Position numbers and translations under genes: made by a program. Of a stretch of 59,018 nucleotides of DNA, positions 56,911 through 59,018 are shown piece by piece; the first letter of the stretch is position 1; each line of letters starts with the position of its first letter. The notes under the pieces were generated by a model. It saw only the letters and a program-made list of their open reading frames with translations. It searched no databases and was not told the origin of the DNA. Origin of the DNA: a virus (Duplodnaviria > Caudoviricetes); the IMG/VR virus record IMGVR_UViG_3300003279_000015, positions 1 to 59,018 of that record; one strand, 5' to 3'.

Positions 56911-57330
56911 ATGTCGAAGAAGATCCTGCACCAGCCGACCGACAACACCCGCGGGGCGGTCCAGGCGATGATCGCCACGGGCAACACCAGGCGCGGGATC
57001 GCGGCCTATCTCCGCATCGCCGAATCAACCCTCCGCAAGCACTACAAGGAGGAACTGAAAATCGGCCAGGAGGTTGTCACCGCGACGATCTCCGGGATCC
57101 TGGTGCAGGAGGCGCTGAAGGGGAAACCCTGGGCGGTCTGCTTTTTCCTGAAGACCCAGGCTGGGTGGCGCGAGCACCACAAGGTGGACATCGAGGGCGA
57201 CCTGAATGTCTCTAGCCTCAGTGATGAAGAGCTTGCCGAGCGCAAGGCTCGCCTCGCCGCGATTGAGCAGGCTGCAAAGCGAAAAGCTTATGATCGCGGA
57301 GGAAATGCTCCGCCGCCGGTGCCGGAGTAA
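56911..57330 (+). CDS. terS: Terminase small subunit
   Basis: HTH TLRKHY.EEL, FFLKT.AGWRE, LSDEEL. Confidence 0.8.
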   Translation: MSKKILHQPTDNTRGAVQAMIATGNTRRGIAAYLRIAESTLRKHYKEELKIGQEVVTATISGILVQEALKGKPWAVCFFLKTQAGWREHHKVDIEGDLNVSSLSDEELAERKARLAAIEQAAKRKAYDRGGNAPPPVPE

Positions 57331-58705
57331 CTTCGGCGCCTACTGCGCATACGCTCTGCATCGGTTCGGCCAGGAGCCTGCTGCGCACCACTGGCTGATC
57401 ATCGAAGCGCTGCAGGAGGTTTTCGACGGGATCACCGACCGGCTGCTGATCCAGCTACCACCCGGCTCCGCGAAATCGACCTACGGCTCAAAGCTGTTCC
57501 CGGCGTTCTATCTGACCAAGGGCCGGAAGGACATCATCGCGGCAAGCTACAACTCGAAGCTGGCCGAGGATTTCAGCCAGGACGTGCAACGGTTCGTGCT
57601 GGAGGATCAGGACGTCCTCGGCTACCGGCCGACCTCCGACGCGAAGGAACTGTGGCGGACCTCGCTTGGCGGCGTCTATCGGGCGGCCGGCGCGGGCAGC
57701 GGCATCACCGGCCGCCGCGCTGACCTGTTCCTGATCGATGATCCGATCAAGGGGCGGGCCGAGGCGGACAGCGCGACGACGCGGGAAAGGGTCTGGAACT
57801 GGTACCGGGCCGAGGTCATTCCGCGCCTCAAGCCGGGCGCGGCGATCGTGCTGATCCAGACGCGCTGGCACCCCGACGACCTGGCCGGCCGCCTCCTGCA
57901 GGAGCAGGAAAACGGCGGCGATCGCTGGAAGGTTCTCGACCTGCCCGCCTTGGCGCGTGGGCCCGATCCGGATGGCAACCCGCGGCCCGACCCGCTCGGC
58001 CGCAAGCCAGGCGAGGCGCTGTGGCCTGGGTGGGAGGACGAAGAGGCGATCGCGCGCAAGCGCCGCGCCATCGGCGAGATCGAATTCTCGTGCCTCTACC
58101 AGCAGGAGCCTCTCGTCTCGTCCGGCCTGCTGTTCCAGCCGGAGAAGATCGAGGTTGTCGAGGTCGAGCCTCCCTGCGATGCCAAGGGCCGCGGCTGGGA
58201 CCTGGCGGCGACGTCCCAGGTGGGATCGCGCGATCCGGACTGGACGGTTGGCCTGAAGCTGGGCCGGCTGCGCGACGGCCGGTTCTGCATCCTCGACATG
58301 GTGCGGCTGCGCGGCGGCCCGCAGGACGTCGAGGCGGCGATCGTCAACACGTCGAACGCCGACAAATTCCCCTGCGCGGTGGGTCTGCCGCAGGATCCCG
58401 GCCAGGCTGGCAAGGCACAGATCGCCTACCTGGTCGGACGGCTGAAGGGCCACAAGGTCATCACGTCGCCGGAGTCCGGCAGCAAGGAGACCCGGGCCGC
58501 TCCCGTCGCCTCGCAGGTGAACGTGGGGAACTTCCTGATGGTGAAGGCGCCCTGGAACAGCGTGCTGATCGAAGAGCTTCGGTACTTTCCGCACGGCGCA
58601 AAGAAGGACATCGTCGACGCTCTCTCCCGCGCGTTCTCGTTGCTCGATAATCCGAAGGGGGATATTTGGATGCGCCTCGCCCAGAAAGGGAGACCGCCGC
58701 AATGA
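57290..58705 (+). CDS. terL: Terminase large subunit (start uncertain, possibly 57206)
   Basis: PPGSAKST, IDDPIK, QTRWH.DD, LYQQ.P, WDLA, FP.G..D.VDA. Confidence 0.93.
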   Translation: MIAEEMLRRRCRSNFGAYCAYALHRFGQEPAAHHWLIIEALQEVFDGITDRLLIQLPPGSAKSTYGSKLFPAFYLTKGRKDIIAASYNSKLAEDFSQDVQRFVLEDQDVLGYRPTSDAKELWRTSLGGVYRAAGAGSGITGRRADLFLIDDPIKGRAEADSATTRERVWNWYRAEVIPRLKPGAAIVLIQTRWHPDDLAGRLLQEQENGGDRWKVLDLPALARGPDPDGNPRPDPLGRKPGEALWPGWEDEEAIARKRRAIGEIEFSCLYQQEPLVSSGLLFQPEKIEVVEVEPPCDAKGRGWDLAATSQVGSRDPDWTVGLKLGRLRDGRFCILDMVRLRGGPQDVEAAIVNTSNADKFPCAVGLPQDPGQAGKAQIAYLVGRLKGHKVITSPESGSKETRAAPVASQVNVGNFLMVKAPWNSVLIEELRYFPHGAKKDIVDALSRAFSLLDNPKGDIWMRLAQKGRPPQ

Positions 58706-59018
58706 CAGCCGACGCCGAAGGCACTCAGATCCGCGCTGTCCCCACGGCGGACAGCTTCCAGAACATGGCGGCGCGGATCGGCATCGGCCCAGGCATGGAC
58801 AACCAGGCGGCCGGCGCGACCTATGCGCTGAACGCCATCACCCGCAACCGCATGCTCTGCGACATGCTGTTCCGCGGTTCCTGGATGGCCAAGCAGGGTG
58901 TCAACGCGTACTCCGAGGACATGATCCGCGCAGGGATCACCATCAATTCGACGATGGAAGCCGGGAACATTGCCAAGTTGCAGACGTCGCTCGTGCGCGG
59001 CGCCATCTGGAACCAGAT
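58702..59018 (+). CDS. Portal protein, N-terminal part (wraps to position 1)
   Basis: ATGA overlap with terL; DSFQN..AR.G, SW.A...V...EDM.R.G; final AT plus G at position 1 gives an in-frame ATG. Confidence 0.88.
   Translation, partial: MTADAEGTQIRAVPTADSFQNMAARIGIGPGMDNQAAGATYALNAITRNRMLCDMLFRGSWMAKQGVNAYSEDMIRAGITINSTMEAGNIAKLQTSLVRGAIWNQ

Noticed and set aside
45915-58705. Additional inteins in DnaB or TerL
   Set aside because: Both have normal length and uninterrupted motifs, with no Hint blocks.

Overview
This window is a complete, circularly permuted ~59 kb GC-rich tailed-phage genome. The portal gene starts at 58702, runs off the end and continues in frame at position 1. The phage is a contractile-tailed (myovirus-type) virus, most likely of an Alphaproteobacterium, since it encodes GcrA-like and GapR-like proteins. 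Layout: (+) 55.6 kb to 31.2 kb across the junction holds MTase, terminase, portal, head, neck, sheath/tube, tape measure, baseplate, two fibre modules and lysis-region genes. (-) 31.4-43.8 kb holds HD hydrolase, DUF5131, ASCH, J-domain, exonuclease, ParB and RecT genes. (+) 43.9-49.4 kb holds GapR-like, GcrA-like, resolvase, DnaB and replication-initiator genes. Small divergent early genes fill 49.5-55.4 kb. I saw no integrase, canonical endolysin, tRNA or CRISPR array. The best candidate for an undescribed system is a 316-aa intein in the MuF head gene (1823-2770). Its sense-strand interior has no recognisable endonuclease, but the opposite strand encodes, codon-aligned and wholly inside the intein, a 289-aa 2xHTH + DUF559/Vsr-like PD-(D/E)xK nuclease, i.e. 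an antisense-encoded homing endonuclease. Other leads: signal-peptide-bearing, Cys-containing proteins inside the virion operon; a papain-like protease where an endolysin would be expected; six tandem GANTC (CcrM) sites in the likely origin alongside a phage GcrA; and an ACCGCAAC motif beside many early-gene ribosome binding sites. All family assignments come from motif recognition by eye, not from database searches.
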